Shown piece by piece: positions 26,527 to 36,336 of a DNA stretch of 50,357 nt; position 1 is the stretch's first letter; each line of letters starts with the position of its first letter. Location: assembly GCA_040002695.1 (NCBI GenBank), contig JBDUEA010000002.1, forward strand, positions 1-50,357, read 5' to 3'. This DNA comes from Gemmatimonadota bacterium. GTDB taxonomy: Bacteria; Gemmatimonadota; Gemmatimonadetes; Gemmatimonadales; GWC2-71-9. The position numbers and the translations under genes were made by a program. The notes under the pieces were generated by a model. It was not told where the DNA came from, did not search any database, and worked only from the letters and a program-made list of their open reading frames with translations.

Positions 26527-27719
26527 AGTTCCACGGATACGGAAGACTTGGACCGCCGGCCGCGCGGCTCATCCGATCGCGAATCCGCTCGTCGCTCTCC
26601 CCGGCCGCGCATACGTCCGACACTGAGCAGGATGCCGGTACCCAGCAGCGAAATCACCAGGCTCGATCTTCCATAGGACATGAAAGGGAGCGTGAGACCG
26701 GTGGTCGGCATCAGGCTCAGTGAGACGGCCATGTGCATGAACGCGGTGAGCCCGATGGCCGCGGTGAGTCCCACCGCGAGATACTTTCCGAACGGATCCT
26801 CTGCGGTGCGCGCGATCCGGAAGCCGAGCCAGCAAAAGAGCCCGAAGAGCGAGACGATGAGCACGACGCCGAGGAATCCCCACTCTTCGCCGATGGTGCT
26901 GAAGATGAAATCCGAGTAGGCGTACGGCAGGTATCCGAGTTTCTGCTGGCCCTGCCCGAACCCGACTCCAAAGATCCGTCCCGAGCCGATTCCGATGAGC
27001 GATTGATTGATCTGCGAGGTAGCGTCCGCGCCGTTAAGAAACTTGTCGAGTCGGTCACCCCGATAGCCGCGCGCGTGAATCGCGTTGACCACGATGATCA
27101 CCGACGCGAGTCCGAGGAGGAGGAAGTGTCCGATCTTGGCGCCCGCGGTGAACAGCACAATGCCGCCGAGCAGGGAGACGACGACGGCCATCGAGAGGTT
27201 GGGCTGCAGGAGGATGAGGAGCGCCACGACGCCGAGTACGAGGATGAACGGCACGACGCCACGCTTGAACTGGCGGACCTGCTCGCCCTTCTTCGCGGCC
27301 AGCATCGCGCACCAGATCACCACGACGAGCCGTGCGAGTTCGGATGGCTGGAAGCTGATCGGCCCGTACGAGATCCATCGGCGGGCGCCGTTGAGCGAAG
27401 GCGAGAGGGCATGGGTGAACGGCAGCAGCGGAATGAGCAGGCAGACGACCGTGATGATCAGCAGCGGCCAGGCCAGCGCACGGAGCCGGCGGTAATCGAA
27501 GCGCGCAGCGATCAGGAGCAGCACGCCGCCGGCGATGGCGCCGGTGAACTGGCGCAGCGCGTACGACATGCCGACGATCGTGTGGTCCTTGTTGTTGAGC
27601 AGGCTGGAGGCACCGTACGTCGTGGCGAGACCGAACACCACGAGCGTCGCGGTGACGACGACCAGCAATCGGGTTTCCCAGCGTAGTTCGCCGGGATGAC
27701 GGATGCCGGTGCCGGTCAC
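26523..27719 (-). CDS. ftsW: SEDS-family cell division protein FtsW
   Basis: 398 aa with about 10 TM helices. It sits between murD and murG, with 4-nt overlaps on both sides. Confidence 0.9.
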   Translation of the reverse strand: MTGTGIRHPGELRWETRLLVVVTATLVVFGLATTYGASSLLNNKDHTIVGMSYALRQFTGAIAGGVLLLIAARFDYRRLRALAWPLLIITVVCLLIPLLPFTHALSPSLNGARRWISYGPISFQPSELARLVVVIWCAMLAAKKGEQVRQFKRGVVPFILVLGVVALLILLQPNLSMAVVVSLLGGIVLFTAGAKIGHFLLLGLASVIIVVNAIHARGYRGDRLDKFLNGADATSQINQSLIGIGSGRIFGVGFGQGQQKLGYLPYAYSDFIFSTIGEEWGFLGVVLIVSLFGLFCWLGFRIARTAEDPFGKYLAVGLTAAIGLTAFMHMAVSLSLMPTTGLTLPFMSYGRSSLVISLLGTGILLSVGRMRGRGERRADSRSDEPRGRRSKSSVSVEL

Positions 27720-29065
27720 ATCGCTTCCACGGCGGCGCGGAACTGAGCGCCGCGATCCTCATAATTCTTGAACATGTCGTAGCTGGAGCAGGCGGGAGAG
27801 AGCAGCACGGCGTCACCTGGCCGTGCGAGCGCCCGGGCCGCCGACAGCACTTCCCCAAACGTTACCGCTTCGGTCACCGGGACTCGGCCCGCGAGATCAT
27901 GGACGACGAGCGGTCGCGCTTCGCCGAACGCGACCACGCCTCGACAGCGATCGCCCATCGGCTCGAGGAGACCGGTGTACGGTTCTCCCTTATGGCGGCC
28001 ACCGAGCAGCAACACGAATGGCCGGTCGAGCGCCGCCACGGCAACCGTGGTCGAGGCGACGTTCGTGGCTTTTGAATCGTTGATCCACAGCACCCCACCG
28101 ACCTCACGCACCGGCTCGAGACGATGCGCCAGCGCGCGGAAGCTCACCAGCCCCTTACGCAGGCCGTCGAGCGGTGCGCCTGCTGCCTCTGCGACCAGCA
28201 CCGCGGCGAGCGCGTTGGCGATGTTGTGGTCGCCGAGGAGTGACAGATCTTTCCGCGAAACGACGGTCACGTCGCCGAGCATGAGCATAGAGGTCGAGCG
28301 GTCGAACCACGCGTCGGCGCGATCTCGGACGGAGAAGCGGAGCTGCCGGCCTTCGACCCCTTCGGCCATCCGCACCGCCGCGTCGTCGTCCCCGTTGACT
28401 ATCCACGTGGAGGACAGCGTCGCGTGGCGGAAGAGCAGACGCTTGTCCGCGTAGTAGCCCTCGAGCGTGGGATACCGGTCGAGATGATCGGGCGCGAGAT
28501 TGGTGAGCAACCCGATGTCCGGCACCAGGTAGTGCGTGTCGTGCAGCTGGAAGGAAGAGATCTCGAGCGCGATCCAGGACGGATGCTCGCCGTCGAGCGC
28601 CACCTGGCAAAGCGGCCGTCCGATGTTGCCGGCGGTGAGTGAGGTGATGCCTGCCGTCGTGAGCAGGTGCCCGACCAGCGCCGTCGTCGTCGTCTTGCCG
28701 TTGGTCCCCGTGATCACGGCGTACCTGGCCCCCTGTACCGCTTCGGCCCCGACATCCAATTCAGAAACGATCTCGATGCCTGCGCGGCGAGCAGCGACCA
28801 GTGCTGGGACCTCGGGTGGCACGCCGGGAGAAACGACCACCGCCGTCGCGCGACCGATGCGTGGCAGGTCGTGGTCGCCAAGTTCGACGGTCGCACCGGC
28901 GGCACGCAACGATTCAGCGCGGGCTTCAGTCGCAGGGTCCGACGCCTTGTCGGACGCGTAGACCTGGAATCCTGCCTGGCGGAGCACCAGCGTCGCCGCG
29001 ACGCCGCTCTTGGCGAGGCCGAGCACGGCGACCTCTCCGCCGCTTTTCCTCCAGCGCTCGAACAT
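27716..29065 (-). CDS. murD: UDP-N-acetylmuramoylalanine--D-glutamate ligase
   Basis: True start MFERWRKSGGEVAVLGLAKSGVA, in an ATGA overlap with the mraY stop at 29065. P-loop GTNGKTTTT. The 694-aa ORF extension lies inside mraY in another frame. Confidence 0.93.
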   Translation of the reverse strand: MFERWRKSGGEVAVLGLAKSGVAATLVLRQAGFQVYASDKASDPATEARAESLRAAGATVELGDHDLPRIGRATAVVVSPGVPPEVPALVAARRAGIEIVSELDVGAEAVQGARYAVITGTNGKTTTTALVGHLLTTAGITSLTAGNIGRPLCQVALDGEHPSWIALEISSFQLHDTHYLVPDIGLLTNLAPDHLDRYPTLEGYYADKRLLFRHATLSSTWIVNGDDDAAVRMAEGVEGRQLRFSVRDRADAWFDRSTSMLMLGDVTVVSRKDLSLLGDHNIANALAAVLVAEAAGAPLDGLRKGLVSFRALAHRLEPVREVGGVLWINDSKATNVASTTVAVAALDRPFVLLLGGRHKGEPYTGLLEPMGDRCRGVVAFGEARPLVVHDLAGRVPVTEAVTFGEVLSAARALARPGDAVLLSPACSSYDMFKNYEDRGAQFRAAVEAM

Positions 29066-30192
29066 CAGCGCACCTTGAGCGTCGCGAGCGCGAGCATGGC
29101 GCAGAAGATCCCGAGGATATAAAATCGTGTCACCACCGTCGTCTCCGCCCAGCCGATCTTTTCGAAATGATGATGCAGCGGCGCCATGCGGAAGACTCGA
29201 TGCGCGCTCGCATATTCCTGTCCCCGGCTCCGCTTCATCAGCTTGAACCAGCTCGTCTGCACCAGGACCGAGACGGCTTCCGCGACGAACACGCCACCGA
29301 TCAGCACCAGCAGGAACTCCGCCTTGAGCAGGATCGCGACGGTGCCGAACGCGCCGCCGATCGCGAGGCTGCCTGTGTCGCCCATGAAGACCTGGGCCGG
29401 ATACGCGTTGAACCAGAGAAAGCCGAGGCACCCGCCCATGAGCGCCGCGCAGAAGACCGTGAGCTCTCCGGCGCCGGGGAGGTAGAAGAGGTTCAGGTAC
29501 TGCGTCGTGTCGACCCGTCCGAACAGATAGGCGAAGAGTGCAAAGGCGGCCGCCGCGATGGCCCCGAGGCCCGTCGCGAGCCCGTCGAGGCCATCGGTAA
29601 GGTTGACCGCGTTGCTGCTGCCGGTGATCACGGTGGTGACGAATAGGGCGAAGAGCCAGGGTGCGAAGTTGACGACCTGGTACTTGAGGAATGGCAGCGC
29701 CGTCGCCGTCGCGGGGATCGTGTCGATCGAGACGACCGGCTTCCAGATCAGCAGCAGCGCCAGCACCAGGCCGAACGAGCATTGCCCCACGAGCTTCCAC
29801 TTGGCCACCAGCCCGCGAGACTTGCCCTGCACCACCTTGAGGTAATCGTCGATGAAGCCGATGCTCCCCATCCAGAGCGTCGCGAGCATGGCGACGAGCA
29901 CGAACCGGTTGTTGAGCGGAGCCCAGAGCAGTGTGGGTACGATGGTCGAGAGCAGGATGATGAGTCCGCCCATGGTCGGCGTGCCGCGCTTCACCTGGTG
30001 GCTGGCCGGTCCCTCGGCACGAATCACCTGCCCGACTTTGCGCTCGCGCAGGAGCCGGATGATGCCGGGACCGATGACGAAGGCCAGCAGAAGCGCCGTG
30101 ACCGTGGCGCCCCCGGCTCTGAAACTGATGTAGGTGAAAAGATTGAAGACGATGTAGCGCTTGCCGAGAGGGGCGAGCAGGTGATAGAACAT
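29065..30192 (-). CDS. mraY: Phospho-N-acetylmuramoyl-pentapeptide transferase
   Basis: NAVNLTDGLDGLA motif, a polytopic membrane protein of 375 aa. Confidence 0.95.
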   Translation of the reverse strand: MFYHLLAPLGKRYIVFNLFTYISFRAGGATVTALLLAFVIGPGIIRLLRERKVGQVIRAEGPASHQVKRGTPTMGGLIILLSTIVPTLLWAPLNNRFVLVAMLATLWMGSIGFIDDYLKVVQGKSRGLVAKWKLVGQCSFGLVLALLLIWKPVVSIDTIPATATALPFLKYQVVNFAPWLFALFVTTVITGSSNAVNLTDGLDGLATGLGAIAAAAFALFAYLFGRVDTTQYLNLFYLPGAGELTVFCAALMGGCLGFLWFNAYPAQVFMGDTGSLAIGGAFGTVAILLKAEFLLVLIGGVFVAEAVSVLVQTSWFKLMKRSRGQEYASAHRVFRMAPLHHHFEKIGWAETTVVTRFYILGIFCAMLALATLKVR

Positions 30193-30198
30193 CGTTCC

Positions 30199-31560
30199 TC
30201 AGTTCGGTGAGTGCGCGCGGGCCAGGAGGTGCGGAATAATACGTTCGAGCGCCACGCCGCGGGATGCCTTGAGCACCACGAGTTCATCGCCGGAGAGTCG
30301 TTCGGCCAGGATCGGCCCGAGGGACAGCGCGTCCGGTGCGCTCAGCAGTCGTCCGTCCAGGCGGCTCGCGTACGGCTGGAGGGCCGGGACGAATTCCCCC
30401 ACCACCGCGAGGATCTCCGGGTCGAGCGCGACCAGTTCGCGAGCGATATCGGCATGCAGCGCCGCCGAGGCTTCGCCCAGCTCCCGCATCGTGCCGGCCA
30501 CGAACACGAGTTTCCGGTTCGGCCGCATCAGGCGGGCGGTCGCGATCGCGCTTCGGAATGAGCCGGGATTCGCGTTGTAGGAATCGTTGACGATCGTGAG
30601 CCCGTGCGATTCGAGAATCTCGCCGCGTCCCGGCGGCAGGCTGAGGGAACTCAATGCTTCGGCCGCGGCCTTGCGATCGAGTCCAGCCTCCCGTACCAGC
30701 GCCCAGGCGAGCATCGCGTTCGCCGCCTGGTGGAGTCCCAGCACCGGTAGCCGGATCTCGAGGCCGTCTACCGAGATGGTCGCGCGCCCGGTGGCATCCA
30801 TGTGGACACCTTCCGGCACGCAATCGGCATCGCGCAGCCCGGCACTGATGACACGGCGTGCGCGGGACCGAGCTTCGATCGCCAGGCGCCGAGGCTCCGG
30901 CCCGGTGATCGCGAGCGGCACTTCATCGGTGAGCGCGAGTTTCTCGCGCAGAATCCCGTCCGCGCTGCCGAACCCTTCGAGGTGCGCCTCAGTCACGTTG
31001 GTTACGATCGCGACATCCGGCTCGATGATCTCGCGAGCGCGGGGAATTTCGCCGAGCTGATTCGCGCCTGCCTCCACGACGAGGGCCTCGGTGTCGATCG
31101 GCGCCGCCAGGATGGTCAGCGGAATCCCGACCAGATTGTTGTCGTTGGCGCGGGTCGAATGGGTGCGGTACGCCGTGCGGAGCACTGCGGCGACCATCTC
31201 CTTGGTACTGGTCTTCCCGTTGCTGCCGGTAATGGCCACTACCGGTCCGGGCATCCGCATTCGCCACGCACGAGCCAGATCACCGAGCGCGCGTAGAGTG
31301 TCGGGCACCTGGAAGAGCTCGAGTCCCGGGACAGGCGCGGTCCCGGTGCGCACCACGGCGGCCGTCGCTCCGGCCAGCACCGCATTCGCGAGATGGTCAT
31401 GCCCGTCGAACCGCTCTCCCGCGAGAGCGACATACAGCGCTCCGGGCCGGAGCGAGCGCGTGTCGGTGGAAATCGACGGAAACTCCGTCTCGCCGATCGA
31501 TCCGGGGGCCGGCAGGCCGAGTGCATCGGCGACGGTCGCTCCGGTCCACGAGTCGGACAT
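30199..31560 (-). CDS. murF: UDP-N-acetylmuramoyl-tripeptide--D-alanyl-D-alanine ligase
   Basis: True start MSDSWTGATVADALG at 31560. STDTRSLRPGALYVAL and P-loop GSNGKTSTK are present. The longer ORF extension overlaps murE. Confidence 0.9.
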   Translation of the reverse strand: MSDSWTGATVADALGLPAPGSIGETEFPSISTDTRSLRPGALYVALAGERFDGHDHLANAVLAGATAAVVRTGTAPVPGLELFQVPDTLRALGDLARAWRMRMPGPVVAITGSNGKTSTKEMVAAVLRTAYRTHSTRANDNNLVGIPLTILAAPIDTEALVVEAGANQLGEIPRAREIIEPDVAIVTNVTEAHLEGFGSADGILREKLALTDEVPLAITGPEPRRLAIEARSRARRVISAGLRDADCVPEGVHMDATGRATISVDGLEIRLPVLGLHQAANAMLAWALVREAGLDRKAAAEALSSLSLPPGRGEILESHGLTIVNDSYNANPGSFRSAIATARLMRPNRKLVFVAGTMRELGEASAALHADIARELVALDPEILAVVGEFVPALQPYASRLDGRLLSAPDALSLGPILAERLSGDELVVLKASRGVALERIIPHLLARAHSPN

Positions 31561-31576
31561 CAGTGACCCCGCCGGT

Positions 31577-33043
31577 TCATCGGCCGCTTTCTCCCGCCCG
31601 CGCAACCCGCTCCTGCACAATGGCGCGCTCGTCGAACGGAACCTTGGTCGTGCCGATGACCTGGTAGGTCTCGTGTCCCTTCCCCGCGAGGAGCAGGGTG
31701 TCACCCGTTCGCGCCTCTGCCAGCGCCGCATCGATCGCGGCGAGGCGATCGTTGAAGCGCAGGTGGGGCACGCTGCCCATGCCAAGTTCGACCTCATCGA
31801 TGATGAACCCAGGGTCCTCGGTCCGCGGATTGTCCGAGGTGACGATCGGAAAATCTGAGAGCGTCGCCGCAATCCGTCCCATCACCGGGCGTTTTCCGCG
31901 GTCCCGGTCACCGCCACAGCCGAAGACGACGATGAGGCGGCCGCCAGTCAGCGGCCTGAGGGTGCTCAGCGCGCGCTCCAGCGCATCGGGAGTATGCGCG
32001 TAATCTCTCAGCACGACGCAGGGACGCTCGCTGATGCGCTCCATGCGCCCCGGCACCTGCGGAGCATGCTCGAGTGCCGCGGCCACATCCCGTAGCGGGA
32101 TACCGAGCGCGAGTGCCGCGCCCGCGGCCCCAAGCGCGTTGGAGATGTTGAAATCGCCGAGCAGCGGAAGGCGGACCGGATGTCTGCCCTGCGGCGTCTC
32201 GAGTACGAACGAGCTTCCTTCACTCCCCATCAGCACATCCACCGCGCGGACGTCCGCCGCTGCATGCTGCGCGAAGGTGAGCCGCGTGCTGCGATCGGGC
32301 ATGGCGAGCCAGGCGGGGTCGTCGCGATTCACAACTTCGACGCCGTCGAGCGCGAGGTACGCGCTCAACCGGAGCTTGGCGGCGAGGTACGATTCCATCG
32401 TACCGTGATAGTCGAGATGATCGAGTGTCAGGTTGGTGAATATTCCGGCGGCGAAGACCAGCCCGTCGAGGCGGCCCTGGTCCAGGCTGTGGGACGAAGT
32501 TTCCATTGCGACGTGGGTGCAGCCTCGCGCGACCAGCGCCGCGAACGTCGCCTGCAGGTCGATCGCGCCCGGCGTCGTGAGGGAACCAGCGGTCGAAGAC
32601 ACCGGTGCGCCCGAGCCGTCGAACGCGCCGAGTGTCCCGATGAACCCTGCGGTGCCGGCGCCATTGAGCAGGTGCTGCGTCAGCATCGCCGTCGTCGTCT
32701 TGCCGTTGGTGCCGGTGACGCCGACGAGCGTCAGCTTCCGTGCGGGGTCCTTGTACCATGCGCGACCGAGGGCGATCGCCGCCAGACGGCCATCGCGCAC
32801 GAGTATCTCGGGTACGGTGGATCCCTGCGCGGTCTCCACGACCAGCGCGGCCGCACCGCGTGCGATTGCATCAGGGATGAACTTGTGACCGTCCGCCTGG
32901 GATCCGCGCACCGCGACGTAGACCATGCCGGGCGCGATCGCCCGGCTATCCGCACTGACGCCGACCACGGCAGTATCAGGCACCGGCGCGGCCTGACTGA
33001 GGCCCTCGCGGACCAGCGCCAGCAGGAGTTCGGTCAGTTTCAT
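31577..33043 (-). CDS. murE: UDP-N-acetylmuramoyl-L-alanyl-D-glutamate--2,6-diaminopimelate ligase
   Basis: GTNGKTTT P-loop and the DNPR motif (VTSDNPRTEDP). I prefer the ATG start MKLTELL at 33043. A GTG at 33112 would overlap ftsI by 13 nt and cannot be excluded. Confidence 0.9.
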   Translation of the reverse strand: MKLTELLLALVREGLSQAAPVPDTAVVGVSADSRAIAPGMVYVAVRGSQADGHKFIPDAIARGAAALVVETAQGSTVPEILVRDGRLAAIALGRAWYKDPARKLTLVGVTGTNGKTTTAMLTQHLLNGAGTAGFIGTLGAFDGSGAPVSSTAGSLTTPGAIDLQATFAALVARGCTHVAMETSSHSLDQGRLDGLVFAAGIFTNLTLDHLDYHGTMESYLAAKLRLSAYLALDGVEVVNRDDPAWLAMPDRSTRLTFAQHAAADVRAVDVLMGSEGSSFVLETPQGRHPVRLPLLGDFNISNALGAAGAALALGIPLRDVAAALEHAPQVPGRMERISERPCVVLRDYAHTPDALERALSTLRPLTGGRLIVVFGCGGDRDRGKRPVMGRIAATLSDFPIVTSDNPRTEDPGFIIDEVELGMGSVPHLRFNDRLAAIDAALAEARTGDTLLLAGKGHETYQVIGTTKVPFDERAIVQERVARAGESGR

Positions 33044-33099
33044 CGTTCGCGTCAATTGATCGGAGGGAACGAACCGGAAAGTCGCAAGATAATCTCGAA

Positions 33100-35058
33100 C
33101 TACTCTGCCCACACGATGACGGTCTCGCCGTACCGGGCCGAATCACCGGGAGCAGGCTCCGTTCGGGTGACGGTCCCCAGTCCCCGGACCGAGACGTGAA
33201 AGCCTCGGCGGTGGAGCGCCAGTGCGGCGCGACGGCTCGTCGTGCCGACGACATTCGGAACCAGCCGGGCTCCGGTCTCCGAGTCTGGCGGGACTGGACC
33301 GGGCCACGGGATCACCACTCTTCGCTCCGCCGAAGGCACGGCTTCCGCAGCAGCTGGATTCGTATCCGCGGCGCCGCTCGTGGCGAGCCTCGACCGATCC
33401 AGCGCTACCCGGCGTGCCGAGAGCGCCTGCTGCAGCATGCTGCGCGTGACGGGGGCTGCCGTGCTGCCGCCGTAGTATTGCCCTTTCGGATCGTCGATCT
33501 TCACGATGACGACGAGCTGGGGATCGTCCGCGGGAAAGAGCGCGGCGAACGATCCGGTGTACTTGCCGGGCACATAGCGCCCGTTCTCGAATCGCTCCGC
33601 GGTTCCTGTCTTTCCCATCAGCGTGAAGTTTGCCAGCTGCGCGCGTTCTCCGGTGCCTCCTTCACCCACGGCGCCACGAAGAAATTCCCGGAGTCGGGCG
33701 GCGATCTCGGGGGTGACCGCGCGTCGCACCGGCTCGGGTCGATGCTCGTAGAGCGCCGTGCCGTCGCGACCGCGGATTGCCTTCACCAGTGTCGGCGCGA
33801 GCAGGATACCGTCATTCGCGATGGCGCCATAGGCGGTCGCGAGCTGGATCGGCGTCACGCCGAATTCGTACCCCATCGCGATGCTCTGCCCGCTGATTCC
33901 CGCGTTCCAGCGGTCAGGCCGGTTGAGACGCCCGCGAGACTCGGAGGGGAATTCCACCCCGGTCGGACTGCCGAATCCAAAATCCCTCAGCTTGTCATAC
34001 TGCTCCGCGGAAGTCAGGCGCCGGGAAAATTTCGCCATCACGATATTCGAGGAGACCTGGATTGCCTGGGCGAGCGTCAGGCTCCCGATCGATTTGTGTG
34101 CATCGGTGATCGGCCGCGGTCGTCCTGGCACGATCCACTGCCCGTTCTCGGCGAATTCCCGGTCGGTACTGTCCACGCGTCCATGACTGAGCAGTGCGGC
34201 GGCCGTGAAGAGCTTTGCGGTCGAGCCGGGCTCGAATGGATCCGTGAATCCTGCCGCGCGAAGACCGGTGGGGCCGGAGGGAGACTCCTGCAACGACGCG
34301 AGCGCCAGAATCTCGCCGGTGCGAGGGTCCAGAAATACCACGTCTCCGCCGATCGCGTGCATCGCCGCGAGCGCGTCTTCCAGTCCGCGCTCGGCGATAT
34401 CCTGAAGCTCCGCATCGAGTGTGAGCGTCACGTCCACTCCCGGTAGCGGCTCCCGGGCCCGGCGGGAAGGTGAGTCGAATCGGTGGCCGGCACGGTCCCG
34501 CAATTGATATGCGACTCCCGGAACCCCGCGGAGCATCGAGTCGAGTGCCAGCTCGATGCCGCTCGCTCCGGTGCCGCTGTCCGACGTGAGCGCGCCGATC
34601 ACCGGGCGGGCAAGTGCGCCGGCCGGATAGGTTCGGGCGAACTGGGAGTCGAGGTGGACGCCACTCAGAGGACGGAGCGCCTCGATCTGCAGCGCGGTGA
34701 AGGGCCCGTAGTAATAGAGCCAGCGCTTCCCGCTCGCGAGATCACGATCGACTCGTGCTCTCGGCAACTCCAAGCCGGTGGTCATCGCGCGGATGAGCGC
34801 CGCGCGGTTCGACACCTCGTTCGGCGCGATGCCGACGTGGTAATACTCCTGCGTGATCGACAGCGCGCTCCCGTTGCGATCGAAGATGCTTCCCCGCCGC
34901 GCCGGCAGGATCACCTCCGCCTTGCGCTGCCGTTCGGCCTCCGAAGTCCAGTGCTGGCCGTGAATGATCTGGAGATCCGCGGCGCGTCCCACCACCGCGA
35001 CAATCGCGAGGAGAAAACAGACCTCGAGCAGCGTGATGCGCGCGGCGGGCCTCGCCAT
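33100..35058 (-). CDS. ftsI: Peptidoglycan D,D-transpeptidase FtsI (class B PBP) with a C-terminal PASTA-like domain
   Basis: N-terminal TM, SxxK (GSTAKLF), SxN (VSSNIV) and KTG (GKTGTA). C-terminal VPNVVGTTSRRAALALHRRGFHVSVRGLGTVTRTEPAPGDSARYGETVIVWAE. Confidence 0.9.
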   Translation of the reverse strand: MARPAARITLLEVCFLLAIVAVVGRAADLQIIHGQHWTSEAERQRKAEVILPARRGSIFDRNGSALSITQEYYHVGIAPNEVSNRAALIRAMTTGLELPRARVDRDLASGKRWLYYYGPFTALQIEALRPLSGVHLDSQFARTYPAGALARPVIGALTSDSGTGASGIELALDSMLRGVPGVAYQLRDRAGHRFDSPSRRAREPLPGVDVTLTLDAELQDIAERGLEDALAAMHAIGGDVVFLDPRTGEILALASLQESPSGPTGLRAAGFTDPFEPGSTAKLFTAAALLSHGRVDSTDREFAENGQWIVPGRPRPITDAHKSIGSLTLAQAIQVSSNIVMAKFSRRLTSAEQYDKLRDFGFGSPTGVEFPSESRGRLNRPDRWNAGISGQSIAMGYEFGVTPIQLATAYGAIANDGILLAPTLVKAIRGRDGTALYEHRPEPVRRAVTPEIAARLREFLRGAVGEGGTGERAQLANFTLMGKTGTAERFENGRYVPGKYTGSFAALFPADDPQLVVIVKIDDPKGQYYGGSTAAPVTRSMLQQALSARRVALDRSRLATSGAADTNPAAAEAVPSAERRVVIPWPGPVPPDSETGARLVPNVVGTTSRRAALALHRRGFHVSVRGLGTVTRTEPAPGDSARYGETVIVWAE

Positions 35059-35354
35059 CAGGGATGCTCGTCTGGATTCGCCGGAATCTTCAGCAGGACG
35101 ATCTCCGAATCACTCGGCGCGTGCAGTCCGAGACTCTGCTCGGCCAGCCTTCCGAGCGCCTGGCGACCGCTCAGTTCGCGGATGCGATGCTGCAGTTCGG
35201 CGCGCTGGGCCTCGAGTGCCGTCCGATTCTCCCGGACCTTCGTCAGCCGACCGCTGATGCTGATGGCGGAGGTCTGACGCGCCGTGACGATGACCGCCAC
35301 CACAAGAAAGAGCAGGAGCCACAGCATCACCCAGTGGCGGCCTTTAGCGCTCAT
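35058..35354 (-). CDS. ftsL: Cell division protein FtsL-like
   Basis: 98 aa with a single TM WVMLWLLLFLVVAVIV followed by a coiled coil (ENRTALEAQRAELQHRIRELS). It sits between rsmH and ftsI. Confidence 0.7.
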   Translation of the reverse strand: MSAKGRHWVMLWLLLFLVVAVIVTARQTSAISISGRLTKVRENRTALEAQRAELQHRIRELSGRQALGRLAEQSLGLHAPSDSEIVLLKIPANPDEHP

Positions 35355-36264
35355 GAGGAACGCGGAACACCCTCAGCTTTGCGCTGCGGGCGCGGGAGTT
35401 GGAGGCGACTTCGGCGGGAGCGGGCACGATCGGTTTCCGCGGCTCCAGAGTGCCGAGCGGACGGGCGCGGCAGGTGCAGATGGGTTGTTCCGGGGGACAG
35501 ACACAGGAGCGCGCCCAATCCTGAAAGGCGTGCTTCACCACTCGATCTTCCCCCGAATGATAACTGATTATCGCCAGCGCCCCATCAGGCATCAGGGCGT
35601 CGCGCCAGACCGGGAGCGCCGTGGATAGGCCGCCGAGCTCATCATTGACGGCAATGCGGACCGCCTGAAAGATGCGGGCGAAATCCGAGGGGCCAGACTG
35701 AGGACCCAGCACGGCGCGAATAGCGTTGACGAGGTCATCGCTCGTCGCGTGAGGACCCCGATCGCGGCGGCGGACTACTTCCCGGGCGAGACGCCCCGCC
35801 CGTCGCTCGTCGGCGTAGTCGGAGAAGATGTCGCGAAGCTCTTCCTCCGAGGCCTCGTTCAGCAGATCGGCGGCGCTCGTCCCCGTAGAGGACATGCGCA
35901 TATCGAGTGGAGCGCCCGGCCGGAAACTGAACCCGCGAGTCTCGTCGTCGAGCTGACGCGAGGAGACGCCGAGATCGAGCAAGATGAAATCGGGATGGAA
36001 GGCCTGAACCGCCTCGAGCACCGTGCGCTCGCCGAATGCGCCGAGCAGCAGGGTGACGTCTCGACCGGCCAGCCGGGTGCCCGCCACTTCGAGCGCTACC
36101 GGATCCCGGTCGATTGCGAGGAGCGTTACTCCAGTGTCCAGCAGCGACGCGGCATGCCCACCACCGCCAACCGTGCCATCCACGGCACGCCGGGCGCCGC
36201 GCGCCGCGTTGAGCACTTCACGGAGCAGCACTGGTTCATGATAGGTCGATGGGAGGTCGCTCAT
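35344..36264 (-). CDS. rsmH: 16S rRNA (cytosine1402-N4)-methyltransferase RsmH
   Basis: HEPVLLREV, GTVGGGGHA and DLGVSSRQLD motifs. 306 aa. It is the first gene of the dcw cluster. Confidence 0.93.
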   Translation of the reverse strand: MSDLPSTYHEPVLLREVLNAARGARRAVDGTVGGGGHAASLLDTGVTLLAIDRDPVALEVAGTRLAGRDVTLLLGAFGERTVLEAVQAFHPDFILLDLGVSSRQLDDETRGFSFRPGAPLDMRMSSTGTSAADLLNEASEEELRDIFSDYADERRAGRLAREVVRRRDRGPHATSDDLVNAIRAVLGPQSGPSDFARIFQAVRIAVNDELGGLSTALPVWRDALMPDGALAIISYHSGEDRVVKHAFQDWARSCVCPPEQPICTCRARPLGTLEPRKPIVPAPAEVASNSRARSAKLRVFRVPHER

Positions 36265-36336
36265 GGCGCCGGGTCCGGTCGGAAATGCAACACCCCGCCC
36301 GCAGGCGCGGACGGGGTGAGGAATCGAGTAAACCAG

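Noticed and set aside
29066-29800. N-terminal extensions of several ORF-track entries: murD to 29800, murF to 31872, mglA to 48214, hisA to 19776, cdd to 6995 and the Roadblock gene to 48817.
   Set aside because: In each case the extension overlaps the well-supported upstream gene in another frame and is Arg/Pro/Gly-rich. An internal ATG or GTG restores the canonical N-terminus and gives a typical 1-4 nt stop/start overlap.
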